Origin: Malacoraja senta
Taxonomy: Eukaryota
Assembly: GCA_038087875.1 (NCBI GenBank)
Contig: CM075991.1
Coordinates: 13,332,001-13,396,000, forward strand
DNA: 64,000 nt
Reading direction: 5' to 3'
Numbering within the stretch: position 1 is the first letter of the stretch; the number at the start of each line of letters is the position of its first letter. The notes below the pieces were generated by a model that saw nothing but the letters and a program-made list of their open reading frames with translations, was not told where the DNA came from and ran no database searches. Made by a program: the position numbers and the translations under genes. Positions 63,401 to 64,000 of the stretch are shown here, in pieces.

Positions 63401-64000
63401 ACTGGTTTAGCACAGAGTAGAGTGGGTACACATGGACACCGCACCCCTGCCCTCACTGTGCCACCATGCCACTGGCAACGACTCTCTCCCCTAGACGCTT
63501 CATCAAGGATGGGAGAACCCAAGGCAGAGGTGAGGAGAGACTGGAATGTGGTGATGAGCTGACGTGTTTCAGCTTCAGGTTGGATTGGAGCAAGCAATGA
63601 TTATTTGGAAACACATATAGTTGCTTGCTTTAGACTAGAGATACAACGTGGAAACAGGCCCTTCGGCACATTGGGTCTGCGCCGGCCAGCGATCGCCCCG
63701 TACACTAGCACTATCCTACACACTAGGGACAGTTTACAGAAGCCAATTAACCAATAAACCTGCATGGCTTTGGAGTGTGGGAGGAAACCAGAGCACTTGG
63801 TGAAAACCCACATGGTCACAGGGAGAACGTACAAACTCTGTAATGTAAGAAATTCTAAAAGGCAGGAGAGAGAACACTGGTGATGTGAGTGAGTTGATAT
63901 TTTATCAACTCTCCCACGCACGCTGGCCCTGAACTTGCCCTGTCCCTCTGTTCAGCAAGTGGGGAATTGCTCAGGCGAGTATTTATAATGGTCACTACTT

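Overview
Vertebrate genomic DNA, very repeat-rich. The repeat content (V-domain tRNA-SINEs, CR1 LINEs with an esterase ORF1, Penelope-derived short repeats) suggests a cartilaginous fish such as a skate or ray; this is an inference. I could assemble two complete 6-exon genes by hand on the minus strand, all introns GT-AG with matching phases. SNRNP27 (CDS 59963->44276, 145 aa) lies upstream of MXD1/MAD1 (CDS 40113->24637, 220 aa), the same tandem order as I recall for human. Most other recognisable sequence is retroelement-derived: CR1, Rex1/Babar-like, L1/Tx1-like, an RLE-type (Hero/NeSL-like) fragment, Penelope relics, SINEs and a long foldback element. Several insertions are nested and there are four minisatellites. 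I found no prokaryote-type system. The best leads are (i) a non-coding retroposon family with two covarying hairpins but different 3' tails, (ii) a G-rich 24x28-bp VNTR apparently in the MXD1 5'UTR, (iii) minimal hammerhead-ribozyme motifs in the Penelope-derived repeats, (iv) a three-layer nested insertion and a long palindrome in SNRNP27 intron 1, and (v) a possible first exon of a third gene near an NF-kB site cluster. Family names and human comparisons come from recalled motifs, not database searches.
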